The notes: generated by a model from the letters alone, not told the origin. A DNA stretch of 64,000 nucleotides from Eledone cirrhosa (GCA_964016885.1 CAXHJY010001202.1:56144-120143); one strand, 5' to 3'. Shown: positions 25,941-39,727, counted from the first letter of the stretch. Numbers and translations are program-made.

Positions 25941-26962
25941 TGTTCCGGTTCTCTGCACGATTAAAGGGAGTGACCCAGATATAGCTGAGTGTTTATGATG
26001 TTTGCTTTATCATGGGGCTCCAGATTCAATTCTACCATGATGCTTGGGCATGTGCCTTTTACTATCACCGAGGGTCAACCCAAGCCTCTAAATAAAATTG
26101 GATGGACGACGAAAATTGTGTGGAAGCTTGTCAGATTAACTATAACTGTAATCTAAAGCTCCAACGTTGTCACATATTGTGTCATGTTGATTATTCCTGT
26201 AGTTATGCCAAGGGTACACGTGAGTGGAATAATCAACCACTGACACGTTAATCTAGGCAGGAGAACGTTGTGTTGATCGAACAAATAACTGTCATCGTCG
26301 ACACGAGTGGAGGATACGTAAAACATGACATGAAGTCAAGGATTCGCAAACTTTACTTAAGCCAATAACTTTGAGATAAACTATCAAATTTTAATCTTCC
26401 ATTATCTCAGCCAGATCTACCAACTTATAAAGCGTATCAGAAGCTTAGCTGGCTTCCAACGGGTCATATTCTTTTAAACTATATTTGATCACACAGGTCA
26501 TATATAATTCTATATAATTGAGGAGACTATTCAGAAACTGTATGGTATTGTTTCTTCCAGCGTAAAAATTACTAGTCAGAGAGAGAGGTCATTTAAAAAC
26601 TGATCAAAAAAGACGACCAAGATGAGGGGCAATATATTCCCTAGAATTTACCATCCATTAATAAGGTCTTCCAAAAAGAATTAACAACAGAAAAAATAGT
26701 TCTTTATCTGTCGTTCTTACTTCCTTCTCTTCTTTTTGTTGTTTTTTTTTTCTTTTTATATAGCTCCCTTCTTTTTGTTTTTCATATATAAGGGGTGTTA
26801 GATACCTTTTCTCGGTATATTATGGCTTTACCAGCTTTACATGGAGGCTCAAACTGATTTTAAAAAACTAAGTTCACTTGAATAACAAGAAACATGTCAT
26901 ATAGTTTATTTGAGGTGGCATTTGTATGCGGTTATGTGTGTGTCTATATATTTATGTGTGCC

Positions 26963-27056
<94 letters not shown>

Positions 27057-27359
27057 GTGTTTGAGGTGAGAAGACCGGAAAGATAGGGTCTAGCTGACAT
27101 AGAACCAACAACACATACTGCCAATCCTTCGTATCATTAAAAAAAAAAATTTTTAAGGAATTTTTTAAAGTTTTTGAAAGAAACTTTTTTTAATTTTAAG
27201 TTCTGTGAAATTGTTTATGGATTTTTATGCCATCTGAAGAGCTCAGCTCAGTGGAACGGGTAGGAAAAAAACTACCTAGCCGTCGACTTCAGCGAAATAT
27301 GTATCACCGAGATTAAAATAAACCTGAATACAACTGCATAGGGCCTTCGATGTATTTAA

Positions 27360-28948
27360 TAATTGCAGTCGTTTGAAACGAAAAAAGACATCTGTTGGTA
27401 TTAGCGGCATTCTAGGTATAAATGTGATGTCTCCCTTACCGCATCCAGTGAAGATCTTGGCTTCAATAATGTGAGGCTGTAATTCAGTGACAACCATATG
27501 CTTCCCATTGCACAATCTCGGCTGATCCAGGTTTCTGACAAGCATGATGACTATGCCCTTCTTCAATTCAAAGTTGTGTGATAGCATACCGGATGGTTCC
27601 AGGCTGTTGAGAAATTCCACGGGCTAATGAATAGTTTCGTCCTCATCGACAACTGTGTCAATAGATTTGTAGGTCTGGCTACCTCCAGGGATAATTTTTG
27701 AGAGATCTTTGTTGATGCCATTCACTGTGATATTTTAGGAGGCAAGGATTGCTCTTTCACCCAGCCACACCTCGTTGGAATGGTGAATTTCGAAATTGGA
27801 GAACATTTGATTAATTAAGCTATCATCTGTACAGGCAACAACATCGAAGCAATCAAGAGCAATGATATCAAGCAAGTCGAGGATTTCAAGTATCTTGGGT
27901 CCTGGATCATGGACTCTGGGAAGGATTTTGCCACCAGAAAGGCCCAAACATGATCAGCTTGCAACAAGATGGATCGAGTTTGGCGCTCAAATCTTTCCAA
28001 CCACACCAAGATCAGACTCTTCCAAGTAACAATTCAACCATTCTTGCTATATGAAAGTGAAACATCCAAACAACAAAGGCGCCTTGATGGCACCCACACT
28101 TGCCGACTTCGACGCATCCAGAACATAAGCTGGCTTATATCTGACTTTCAAAGAAATATATGCCAGCCTCCCACGCACCCACGCATATCTGTTGTTGTAC
28201 GTAAAAGGAGAGTAATATTTGCTGGCCACTGCCATCGTGCCACCTATGAGGCTGTGTCCCCATTAGTGCTTTGGAAACCACAAGCAGTCACTAATAACAG
28301 GGGGCGCAAGCTCTCCTATCCCGATAGCATCTCCAGAGATGCTGCTATTGAAATCCAGGATTTGGCAACGGCAATGAACGACAGACCCACGTGGAGGTCA
28401 ATTGTTGGTTCAATTTCGGCTGAGGCCGCCGGGTGAAGCTATCAACGCTTTTCACAACAGTACAAAATGATGAAGGATCAAAACATCCTTCAGTATCAAG
28501 GGATGTTTTGCCTTCACCAAGTTTCAGAAGCTTTCGAGCAAACTACATATAAATGTTGTCACTGTGAGGCTGTGCCCGTATGTTGATTCTTAAATTGACG
28601 GTTTTAGGAAACCTCGAACTGGATCGGTGCGATTGCCTTTTGATATCACAAGAAACGTTTGTGGGAAGTCTCCTGATAAAACGACAGCGATTCCTCCGAT
28701 GATTGTTGTGCTGTTCCAGATATCTTTCATTGTTCTGTCCAATGTCTTCAATACATGCCTGTACGCCATTGTGCATTCATCCCCTTAAATTGCCACATAT
28801 CTTTGCAATACTTCGGCAGCTCCTGAGTCCTTCTTTATATGACACATGGACATTTCATTCTAACTGAGACCCAAATCCAATGTGAAAACAGAATGATCTG
28901 TCCAACTTCCAAATAAAAGTGTAGCAGCAATTCCAGAGGAAGCAACTA
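27360..28948 (-). pseudogene. Helitron RepHel PIF1-like helicase remnant, interrupted by an RTE insertion
   Basis: VASSGIAATLL, DECTM, GDFPQT, ERAILA, EFLNSL..SG, IMLVRNL...LCNG, FIPR and FKRLQ motifs. Contains stops and frameshifts. Confidence 0.85.
27826..28435 (+). mobile_element. 5'-truncated RTE-clade LINE with 9-bp TSD
   Basis: VEDFKYLGSW, KIRLF, FAGHCHR, AMNDRPTW. aagctatca at 27817-27825 and 28436-28444. Confidence 0.85.
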
Positions 28949-29245
28949 TCTCTCCCTCTGTCTCTCTATCTATCTCTCTGTATGTCTCTCATTATCTCTT
29001 TCTCATTCTTTTTCAACTTCTCTCTATCTTTCTATTTGTATGTGTCTTTCTCTATATATCTCTTTTCTCTCCCTGGATATATGTCCCTCTTTATCTCTAT
29101 CACAATCTCCCGCTCTGAATTTGTCTGTCCGCCCCCCCCCCCCCCCCCACCCCACCCCCTCTCTCTCTCTCCCTCACTATCTCCTTTTCTCTCTCCCTCA
29201 CTATCTCTTTTTCTTTCTATCTGTGTATGTGTCTCTCACTTTGGA

Positions 29246-29357
<112 letters not shown>

Positions 29358-29515
29358 GTAATCTGAGTTTTTTTAATATTAATAATTGTTTCTACGTTAG
29401 GCACATAATAATAACATTCGATTCGTTTGCAATTATGCAAACAAGCCTCATTTTTAAAGTCATGTCAGTAGAATTAACCCTTCATTCTTGCTCTTGTGTT
29501 GGCATGTAAACTGAA

Positions 29516-29559
29516 CTGCAGACACTAATGTTTCTGGGTATCATCCTTCATCAGTAGAG
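29516..29559 (-). ncRNA. Minimal type I hammerhead motif (PLE-type)
   Basis: Minus strand: ctcta-CTGATGA-a gg atgata cc ca-GAAAC-attagt-GTC-tgcag. Confidence 0.5.
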
Positions 29560-30063
29560 CTCATTGTTCACCTGCCAACTTCCAGAGCTAGTGAGAATAT
29601 ATGCTATTTTCAAAAATATTCAGTGACTGATCGGCCTGATTTGCATATTAGCAGACTGGCTAATGAGTCAGATCTGCATATTACCAGATCCACTGATCAG
29701 CCAAGCGGTCAATGTACAAACAAAGAAAGTATTACTTAATCTGAGATATTATAATTTTATGCCTTACCGCTATAAATTAACTTATACGAATCGTAGAACA
29801 AAGAACGTGGGTGTATTTTCTCTTCAGTATTCCATCTTATTTTATTCAAGCAACTACCAGCGGGGAGGTGGAAAAGAGTGGGAGACAACACCCAGCACTG
29901 TATTCTGTTATTTTATTCATTTCAATATTTATCCTTGTCTACCTCCCCCACCTCAACCATGCCAGGGAACGTCTTCACGAACCAAAGTATCGTCTTCCTG
30001 TTTTCCTTCGGTTGCAACGTTTTTCGAAATATTTACTTCTGCGTTCACAGATTGATTTTTTTT

Positions 30064-30114
30064 AGTTTCAGAAGATCCCGTTAAGGGTGAAAGCAGCGAT
30101 TCTTTGCTTAAACT
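30064..30114 (+). ncRNA. Second copy of the CAGAAGA-variant hammerhead-like motif
   Basis: Identical to 14284-14334. Confidence 0.45.
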
Positions 30115-30125
30115 TTAATATGTTA

Positions 30126-30182
<57 letters not shown>

Positions 30183-30201
30183 GTTTGTGTCTGTGTATGT
30201 A

Positions 30202-30255
<54 letters not shown>

Positions 30256-30344
30256 ATGTGTAAAAGATAAACAGAAATAACACAATCGGTACAGTATATG
30301 GGAGGGATATATTAGGTTAACGCTTGATATAGCAGGAAGAGGGT

Positions 30345-30380
30345 CTTAATGTTTCGGACGCTAGTCCTTCATCAGAAGAA
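30345..30380 (-). ncRNA. Hammerhead core in a PLE-like fragment (about 30262-30600)
   Basis: Minus strand CTGATGA-a ggac tagc gtcc-GAAAC. Stems I and III are poor. Confidence 0.45.
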
Positions 30381-30686
30381 AGAATGAGAAATAAGATAGA
30401 TTGAAGGGATGGGCGGGTTGGAATTGGAAAAAATATTGAAGGTACTAGGATGGGAGTGAAAAATAGACGGATGAGAAGGTGGTGTAAGAAGATTGTAGTA
30501 GAAGATAAGTGGTAGTGAGTCGTAGAATATTTAAATGCAAAAAGCAAAGAAAATTTCAATGATACGAAAGATTTCCTGGTGGAAGTTCAGGTGTACTCTG
30601 GGTATGTATGTATGTATGTATATATAGTATATGTTTGGTTATATTGGAGTTTACCAATACATTAACTACGCGGGTCTTCTTCAACA

Positions 30687-30749
<63 letters not shown>

Positions 30750-30750
30750 T

Positions 30751-31238
30751 ATTTCTTTATTAGCCACAGGGGCACAAAAGAAGGGGACAAATACAAAGGG
30801 GGAAGTTTACATACAATAAAAACGTGTAAAATGTTATCACAGATGGAATTTAAAAGTTAGTCGATTTTCCCCAATAGAGGGAGACAGTTTATATGGGTAA
30901 CACATACCCCCGAAAAAAATGTGCAACCCTCATCTCCAGGAGTACGAAGAGTTTGTACTCCATTCCTCTCCTCCTCCTTTTCCTCAACCTACAGGCTGAT
31001 ATAGAGAGAAGGCCCATTCACTCGGGCCATTCTCGCCACTTTCACCCACCTTTCATAAAACTTGCTGGGGTACAGCACCTCTCTCTCCATCCTGATTCTT
31101 CTTCCAAAGTGGTATTTGAAAAAAAGAATCAGTTGTTGGCCGGAGAGAAAGGTGTCTGACCTCAGCCCTTTCAACCTTGTCCACCATACAACCTCTTTCG
31201 CCATAGCTATCACACAAAGGAAAACCGCCTCTCCTTCG
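30751..31238 (-). mobile_element. Tx1-like LINE 3' end abutting (GATA)n; its last ~110 bp are repeated at 31331-31440, again next to (GATA)n
   Basis: AMAKEVVWWTRLKGL...ERWVKVARM is homologous to 23525-23746. Ends aataaagaaat then (TATC)n. Confidence 0.8.
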
Positions 31239-31331
<93 letters not shown>

Positions 31332-31444
31332 TTCTTTATTAGCCACAGGGGCACAAAAGAAGGGGACAAATACAAAGGGGGAAGTTTACATACAATAAAA
31401 ACGTGTAAAATGTTATCACAAATGGAATTTAAAAAAGTTAATCG

Positions 31445-31645
31445 AACTGGCAGGAGACCCAGGGGTAGGGTCTGAGCAAGATGGTTGGATAACATCCATG
31501 AGCTTGGCTGGTCATGCTTGGGGATTCAGTCGGATTCAGGTGGAGACGGTTGCCTCTGACAGGACCTGCTGGAAGAAGTGTATGAGGACTCTGCCCCCCC
31601 CCCCCCCCTCAGGAATAAGTGGGCGAAGAAGAAGAAGAAAAAGAA
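31445..31645 (+). mobile_element. RTE (Rex3/Expander-like) 3' fragment
   Basis: GRRPRGR..ARWLDNI..LGW..LGI ... A.DR..W, with a (GAA)n tail. Confidence 0.6.
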
Positions 31646-33337
31646 AAAGTGATAGATAGATAGATAGATAGATATCATCATCATTACCACTATTATCATG
31701 TAATGTCCCTTTTCTCTACTAGCAAGTGTTGGACGCGTCAGTTCTTAATCTGAGACACTGATCTCTCAGTTGGCCCAAGTAATGCATCTTTCTTACATGT
31801 ATTCCCGCACTCTACAGAATGCACCGTGCATTTTATAGTGGAATCATCACTAGGGAGGTCGACATGTCTTTGACACAACTGGAGAGTTCAACTCTATTTT
31901 TTGTTTGGCAAGACCAACCACTTTGCGGGATGTAGTGGGTGCATTTTATCGTTTCGCCAATACTATAGAGGTTGTCCTACCTTTGATACAACTGGAGCGT
32001 CTTCTCAACCATTTTTTTGGCATGTTTTCTACAGCTGGATGTCCTTCCTATCACTAACCGCATTACAAGGGGTACTTGGTCCAACGATAACCGTATTGAA
32101 GCAAATCTGGTTACGGATCCGGGTAAACAGCTTATACGCATAAGTAAAATTCCTGTCTATCTATCTATCTCACTTTCTGTCTGTCTATATTATCTATCTA
32201 GCTATATCTAGCAATCAATTCATCTGTCTGTCTATCTACGTATCCCTGTTTGTTTATTACGTAATAATGGAAAACGTCTTTTGCGGCCGTTAATAGAAAA
32301 CAGACGTGATCAATAAAAACAATAACAAAAAAAAAACACACACAAACATTCTTTATCGCGCATGCCCGAACACACACGGTAGGCGATAAACATTTCACGA
32401 TTTATTTTTTTAAAGCTTTATCAATTGTCGATTATTCTTTCATTCATGAACAATGCAAAGGAATAACTAAATAACTACATTGAGTGATTCCTTTTAATGG
32501 TTTCAGTCATTAAACTGGTCTGCAGGTCATAATGGAGCGCGGCCTTTAACAGTTTCGTTGTTCATATCGATCTCACTACATATTTCTTTTACTTATTTTA
32601 TCCATCTTTATTTGCGGAAACACTATGATAAGAAACAAAAACAGACATAGACGTGCATATATGTGCATATATGCCTTAGTATTTGACACCATCTGTCAAA
32701 TATATATATATATATAAGTTAAAAACAAAAAAATAAAAACAATAACCATGAGTACAGTACAAACAGTGTTGGTATTAGGTTATATATATATATATATAAG
32801 TATGTACACGTACATACATATATGTATACAGACGTACAGTAGTATGTATATATATGTATACAGACGTACAGTAGTATGTATATATATATATACATACATG
32901 CACACATATATATGCACGTATGGATTCACCGAACATTTATTATAATGCTCGGTGTGTTTGTAAACAAACATCCCGTATTAAGCCGTAGTGTCTAGCAACC
33001 ATCGTTGCTCGTTTGTTCAACACTGACAAAGGAACGCTGTACTAGTTTCAAGCTTGTTAGCTATCGTCAGTACCTTCCTGCCAGATTGTTGAACGTATAT
33101 ACTTACCTTATGCATATTAACGGCTGAGTAGCCCAATTTGCATATCGAGTGGGTTAATCGGCCGGGTGCACCGAAAACGATAAACGGAAAAAATGAAACG
33201 AAATTTCATTTCCCACTCTTAGTACGGCTGTTACTTAAATATAAGTATGTACACGTACATACATATATGTATACAGACGTACAGTAGTATGTATATATAC
33301 ATACATGCACACATATATATATATATATGTACGTATG

Positions 33338-36300
33338 GTTTAGTTTTGCTCCCGTCAGCGTTTCGTATTCTTTCAGTAAGTTGCCGATCACCCCGATTTC
33401 CATGGTGCTCGACACCATTACCGTCACGTCGTCGGCAAAAGCCGACACCGCTTTGCGCAGTCCTGGTTCTAGAGGGATGCCCTGCAACAGCTCCAATTTC
33501 CGCAGTAGTGGCTCTAGAATCAATACATACAGAATGTAGGAGAGAGGGCACCCCTGTCGAACGGAACGCGTGATTGCGAACGGCTCCGATAGGTAGCCGT
33601 TCACCTTGACCCTCGAGCAGATGCTGGTGTGCGTCGCCCCGATCCAGCCTCTGAAAACAGGACCGTAACCGGCCGCCTTGAGAACCGCTTCCAAGTATCG
33701 ATGGTCGACCCTATCGAATGCATTAGACTGATCAAAATTGATCAGAGCCCCACCGAAGCCGGGTTTACTACCCACCCCCTCTATGGTGTATCGCATGAGG
33801 TGGAGGTTGTCGTGTATGGACCTGGTCGGGATTGCACACGTTTGCGCTTTCCCTACCAAGTTCTCGATGACAAGCGCCAACCTCGTCGATAGCACCTTGG
33901 CCAAAATCTTTAACTCTGTGTTGAGCAGAGTTATGGGCCTGAAGTTGTTAATTTCGTCCCCCTTGTTCTCGTCTTTCCTGATCAGCGTTACTACGCTCTT
34001 GCCTGCAGAACTGGGAATTCACCCGTTCTGCTGCCAATTACAATAGACGGCTTCGAGGACGCCAGAGAACAAGTCCGGCATGCCTATGTAAAACTCATAG
34101 GGTAGACCATTTAGACCGGGTGACTTGCGTTTCCTGCAGCGGCCTAGAGCGTCCCGTATCTCAGTGTCCGTGATCGGTCTTTCGCAGAACTCGGCGTCCG
34201 TGTTCGAGAGACGCGGCAGGCCGTTGAGGTATGAACTAAAGTCCATTACCCCGTTCGGCTCACCGTCGTTCTTCTCAAACAGTCGCGCAAAGTGCTGCTG
34301 AAAGGCCGTGCACATTTGCTTGGAGTCAACTAGCACGCGTCCGTTTTGGTCTTTCAAAGACCGATTCGTGGACTTGTTGCCACTTTTTGCCTCCGCCACT
34401 CGGCCCAAGTTGACAGCTTTCGCTCCTTCGTTTCCTAGAGCAGGTGTTTTGCTTCTGACCACGCAGTCTTCGTGTTTCGCATCGAAGAACTGGTCCAGTG
34501 CCGTTATTGACGCTAACACTCTAGCCGCGTTGCCACTTCTAAGTGCCTCCTTTACCTTGGCTACTAGTTCTCTTTCTATTTTGTTTTTCTCTGAGGCTAA
34601 CTCTCTGCTAAACTCTATCGATTCTACTCTAATTGGTTTCTTGAGAGAGTACCACCATCTATTGTTGACGATGGCTCCTGTTAACTGTTGCTTGACTAGT
34701 CTACTTATCCGTTCACTGTAGCTTTACGTGCCGGCAACGACACGTTCAGCTTCCAGTATCCGGGTCCCTGTCTATGTATTCTATCACGGTTGACTAAGCA
34801 GACGACTAATTTGTGATCTGAGTAGGCAACCATGTGCATTCGTGGACAGCTTAACATCTCCTTGTCCCTTTCTCTAATGAAGAACCTATCTAAATACGAT
34901 TTAGATGTCCAGCTGCGGTTTGCCCACGTCCACTGTGGTGCAGTCGGGAAATCCAGTCGATACCTATCGGCCAGTTGGAATTGGCCGATTAAAGTTTTGA
35001 GGCTGTTGCACCCCCCCCCCCCATAATGGGAGATGCTCCCACATAGTCCCATCGTGCATCTAGGATACCATTCCAGTCCCCCACTAAAAGTAAGGAGTGA
35101 GACGTTCCCAGAAAAGACTCTAGACGCTTAAAGAAGTCTGGCCGTGATTGCGATTGCCCAGTCGGGGCATAAATGGCCACCAGTCTGAAGGCTCCACCTC
35201 CGATACTGTTCACGTCTAGGACTACCAGTCTACCCTCCGGGTCCAAGTGTACTTGCTGTACTTCGACGTCCAGGTTCTTCCAAAACATGACAGCCACTCC
35301 TCCTCCACTTACTGGCTGACAGAGAGATGCGTAGATCTCAAAGTCGTCGAAGATGGAGGTTAGTTGCTGCCTGTTGTGGATCCTGGACTCGGTGATGGCT
35401 ATCACATCCATACCGTGTGACCTAAGGTCGTTTAAAAGTTGGGCTTGTTTCCAGGGCATCCCTAGGCCACGTACATTCACGCTTCCAACTCGTAAACTAG
35501 CCATGTTGGTGGGGAAGAGTTGGCGAAAAGGACGAAAAGGTGCACTTACCTTTTCGTTTCCTGGAGATCGGGTTGTTCAATCTCCATTTCAGTTCTGGTG
35601 GGGTGCTGGGTGGGGTGGGGAAACATTTTAATAAGACGCGGTTGATAGGTTTTTGACAGGGGTTGCCAACATCCAGCGAAAACTGTTTTTTCAATTTCTG
35701 ATAGGTTTCTATCAAAACCCTTAATAGTTTTAGGTGTGAAGACGATTCTGCTTTGAAGAAAGTTTTGCCCTCCGTCTCCACCTTGGGGTTTGGGGCGATG
35801 ACCTCTATCAAACTCTTGTGGTTTGTGTTGATGTATGCGTATTGTTGTTTGTGTTTTTGTTGTGTTGTTTTAGTTTGTTGTTCGTCCGGGAGTTTTCTTT
35901 TTGTGGTGGGTGCTTGTGTTTGAGGTGGGGTGGTGTTGGTTTTGCAGGTAGGGGGATGTTTGACTGTGGTGTTGTTTGTGATGTTGTTTGTGTCTGTGGC
36001 TGTGTGTTGGTGTTGGTGATTGGAGTTTTGGGGGTTTTGTGGTGTCTCTTTTTTGTTTTACTTAATGTATAATCATCGTCAGGAGTGTGGGGTAGGGGTA
36101 TGTTGTGTGGTGGTGGTGTTTCGGTGTGTGTGTTTGTGGTAGTGTTTGATGGAGTGGGATGTAGTGGGGCTGTGTTCTTCAGGGGTGTTGTCTGTGTTTT
36201 TTCTGTTGTTGTTGGTTGAGTGGCTGTTTGTTTTGGTGTGTTTACTCGTTTCGTCTGTCGTTGTACTTGTGGTGGTCGTGGTTGTTTTGGTAATAGTGTT

Positions 36301-37595
36301 TTTTTAATGATGTTGTTGTGGTGTGTTTGTGAAGGACAGGAGGCCTTTAGGTGTGCTGTGCTACCACAGCGAAAGCAATGAAGTTTACGACCCTTCACCG
36401 AAATGTTTATTTTGTTGTTGTCGTCGATGACGACTTTTTCGGGTATTTTGAAGATTCTCTCCGGCCTCACTTGCATCATAATCTCCAAATCAGTACCCGC
36501 CCACCTTTGTCTAATAGACTTTCGTATCGAAACAATCATATCAGTCTCTGGCTCTACGAAGCCAGCCAAGATCCACCAGATGTTAATGTTGGGTGGTATA
36601 TTTTTTATTTTTATTTTTTGTGTCCTTTTTCCCATGTACGTAGGGGAAAAGGCGAAAGCTTTTGACACCATTGGTGTCACAGAATGTTTTGGGGCGAGTG
36701 CCTCGCTTTTAAACAGTACGGAAACACTTCCATACTGTTTTCCTCGTTCGAGAAAGTCAATATTTGCTAGAGTCTCCTTGAAGGTGGCTTCTATATCTCC
36801 TTGACTAACAAATATTGGCTTTCTCGTTGTGTTGGAGACAGTCCTAAAGGTCACTGTCCTTCGAACTGTCTCTTCTTTTATTTCGAGGGGTGAGTTAATT
36901 CTAAACCCACCCTTGTCTTCGAAAGTTACAAATGTTCACCCTTGTTGGAGCATATCTCTTGTATTGGAGATGTCAAGATTTATAAAATCTTGTTTTTTGT
37001 TCACTGTTTCAGCGAAAGACATTTTTTTGTGTGTGTGGTGTTGCTGTTGTTGTTGTTATCGATGTTAGCCTCGGCGTTGGAAATCTCAATTTCTTGACGA
37101 GGTGAAACTTTATGTGTAGATGTATCTATGGAGTTGTTGTTGTTTTCTTTTTCATGTGTATGTATGTTAATAGGTTTAATTCCTGTGTTTTCCTGTGTGT
37201 TATTGGTATTTTTCTCCGCTTCGACGGTAGAAATTTTAAAATATTCAAGTGGTAATATTTGTTTCTCTTTGTTGACAGTCGTATCTATGACGACGTCCAT
37301 AGTAGCAGAAGCAGATATAACGTTAATATCTGCCTCTCTACCTCTCTTCTCGCTGTCGACGTTCTCTAGCGTTCTTTCCGAGCTATTCATGTTTTATAGT
37401 TGGCAAAATTTGATATTTTAAAACAATTTTTAAATTAAATTTTCGCTCCTAAAGGGGCGAAAAATGGGTTTACCACCCAGCTGACAATTCAGCTTGGGGG
37501 TTAATCTACAAAATATGTTTTTTCAAACAATTAGTTCGGTTTTTTGCATAGAAATTAACAAAAAAAGCTTACCGGCGATGTTCCACGCGTCAGGC
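33338..37595 (-). mobile_element. Tx1/L1-clade LINE: 5' UTR, ORF1 (CCHC knuckle) and ORF2 (APE endonuclease plus RT), 3'-truncated and frameshifted
   Basis: ORF1 about 37390-35497 with CFRCGSTAHLKASC. ORF2 from 35504 with SVNVRGL, IAITES, GDWN, SDH, GYWKLN, KSPGLNGLP, NAFDRVDH, RQGCPLS and AFADD. Confidence 0.92.
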
Positions 37596-37613
37596 AGATA
37601 GATAGATAAATAT

Positions 37614-37688
<75 letters not shown>

Positions 37689-38125
37689 TGCATGTGCGTG
37701 TGTGTGAGGATGTGTATATGTAAATGTATGTACATGTACAATTTCTACGTGCAAGAGAGTGTGTGTGCGTAGGCATTTTATGCACGTGTGTGTGTATGTG
37801 TGTGGTCGTGTATACATGGATATATTTATTTATTTATATTCGTTAATTTTGTTTTTGTTTATAACGGTTTGTTTCTTGTAATACTCGGGATACGTGCGTC
37901 CGTTGAATTCTAGGCTCGTGTTTGGTCGTTCTATAGGCTGTTTGTGTCTTTGCTGGTTCGTCCACATATTTGATGTGATTTTTGTTGTGTTAACACTGGT
38001 CTGAGGATCAGGCAGTCTAGGAGTCTGGTCTGGGGGTGCCATCCTAGATCACGAGCCAGCTACTTGAGAAACATTTGTAAGCGGGATTCAGCAATAAATC
38101 TCCTATGTAACATCTCCTCTTTGTT

Positions 38126-38162
<37 letters not shown>

Positions 38163-38637
38163 ATGATATTAATAAATGGAAACTATCTTTATAAAACCAT
38201 ATTTATTCTATTATATATATTTCAAGGGTACCAAAACTCCAGAAAAACTGTCGAGTGCTTCGAATCTGTTATAGATATATTTGTTGAATTACCAACAAAT
38301 TAAATATCCCTTTGCTTATATATATACATGTGTATGTGTGTGTGTGTGTGTGTGCCTCTGTGTGTGTGAATACATATATACATATATTCATACACACATA
38401 TATACATACATATATACACACACTTATACACACATATAAACATTTCCCTCTTTCTCTCACCCTCTTTCTTTCACTCTCTCCCTCTCTCTATTTCTATTTA
38501 AATCTGAGAACTATATACAATTTTCCAAGTCGACGGTTAAATCTAGCTATCGCCGTTTCCAATGGCAACAGTAAATAGTTTCACTTGTTAATACCGTTTT
38601 CTTGTGAAATTCTGTTTCACATTAGTGCAGTTAACTA

Positions 38638-38682
38638 CATTACTACTACTACATTACTACTACTACTACTACTACATTACTA

Positions 38683-38723
<41 letters not shown>

Positions 38724-39715
38724 ACTACTACTACTACTGCTGCTGCTGTTGCTGTAGCTACTGCTGCTACTACTACTGCTGCTGCTGCTGCTATTGCCAC
38801 TACTACTACTATTGCTGCTGCTGTGTCTGTTTCTAATGCTGCTACTCCTACTACTGCTGCTGCTGGTGCTGTAGTAGTTGTAGTAGTATTAATAGTAGAG
38901 TAGTAGTAGCAGCAGCAGTAGCAACAAATTAGTAGTAGTAGTAGTAGTAGTAGTAGTAGCAGCAGCAGTAGCAACAAATTAGTAGTAGTAGTAGCAGCAG
39001 CAGTAGCAACAAATTAGTAGTAGTAGTAGCAGCAGCAGTAGCAACAAATTAGTAGTAGTAGTAGCAGCAGCATTAACAACAAATTAGTAGTAGTAGTAGT
39101 AGCAGCAGCAGTAGCAACAAATTAGTAGTAGTAGTAGTAGCAGCAGCAGTAGCAACAAATTAGTAGTAGTAGTAGTAGCAGCAGCAGTAGCAACAAATTA
39201 GTACTAGTAGTAGTAGCAGCAGCAGTAGCAACAAATTAGTACTAGTAGTAGTAGTTAATACGTTGCTTATTTCATCCAACTTTTTTTTTGTTTTGCTTTT
39301 TATTTTGTTTACATCGAATGTATGGAAGCCTGGCGGTGATCCAATCTTGCTACTGCTTCTGTAACTAGTACTGTTGTTGCTGCTACTGCTGCTGTGGTTG
39401 CTAATGATGTTTACCTCATCTCACCTTGCCACTCTTTGTGTCAATCTGTGGAATGGAAAATTGACGCGAAACTACAGTCTATCTACTACTACTACTACTA
39501 CTACTACTACTATTGCTATTGCTTCTGCTAATACCACTACTGCTGCAGTTGCTGCTGCTACTAGTACTATTACTACTACTACTACTAATACCACTAAAAC
39601 TACCGCTACTACTACTAGGATACTTCTGCTGCTACCACTGCTACTACCACGACTGCTACTACTGCTACTAGTACTGCCGCTGCTGTTACTGCTACTACTA
39701 TTATCACTATTATTA
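38638..39715. repeat. Compound (CTA)/(CTG)/(TAG)/(CAG) trinucleotide repeats, including a higher-order unit
   Basis: Unit (agt)n(agc)3agtagcaacaaatt repeated about 10 times at 38900-39255. Confidence 0.9.
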
Positions 39716-39727
39716 TTGAGCGTCAAA

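Noticed and set aside
27234-27265. CTGAAGA...GGAAC hammerhead-like string (also ctgatgg...gaag near 63904)
   Set aside because: The core is broken and stems I and III do not form.
33099-33108. ATACTTACCT, the U1 snRNA 5' end
   Set aside because: No downstream U1 sequence. Better read as a minus-strand splice donor or chance.
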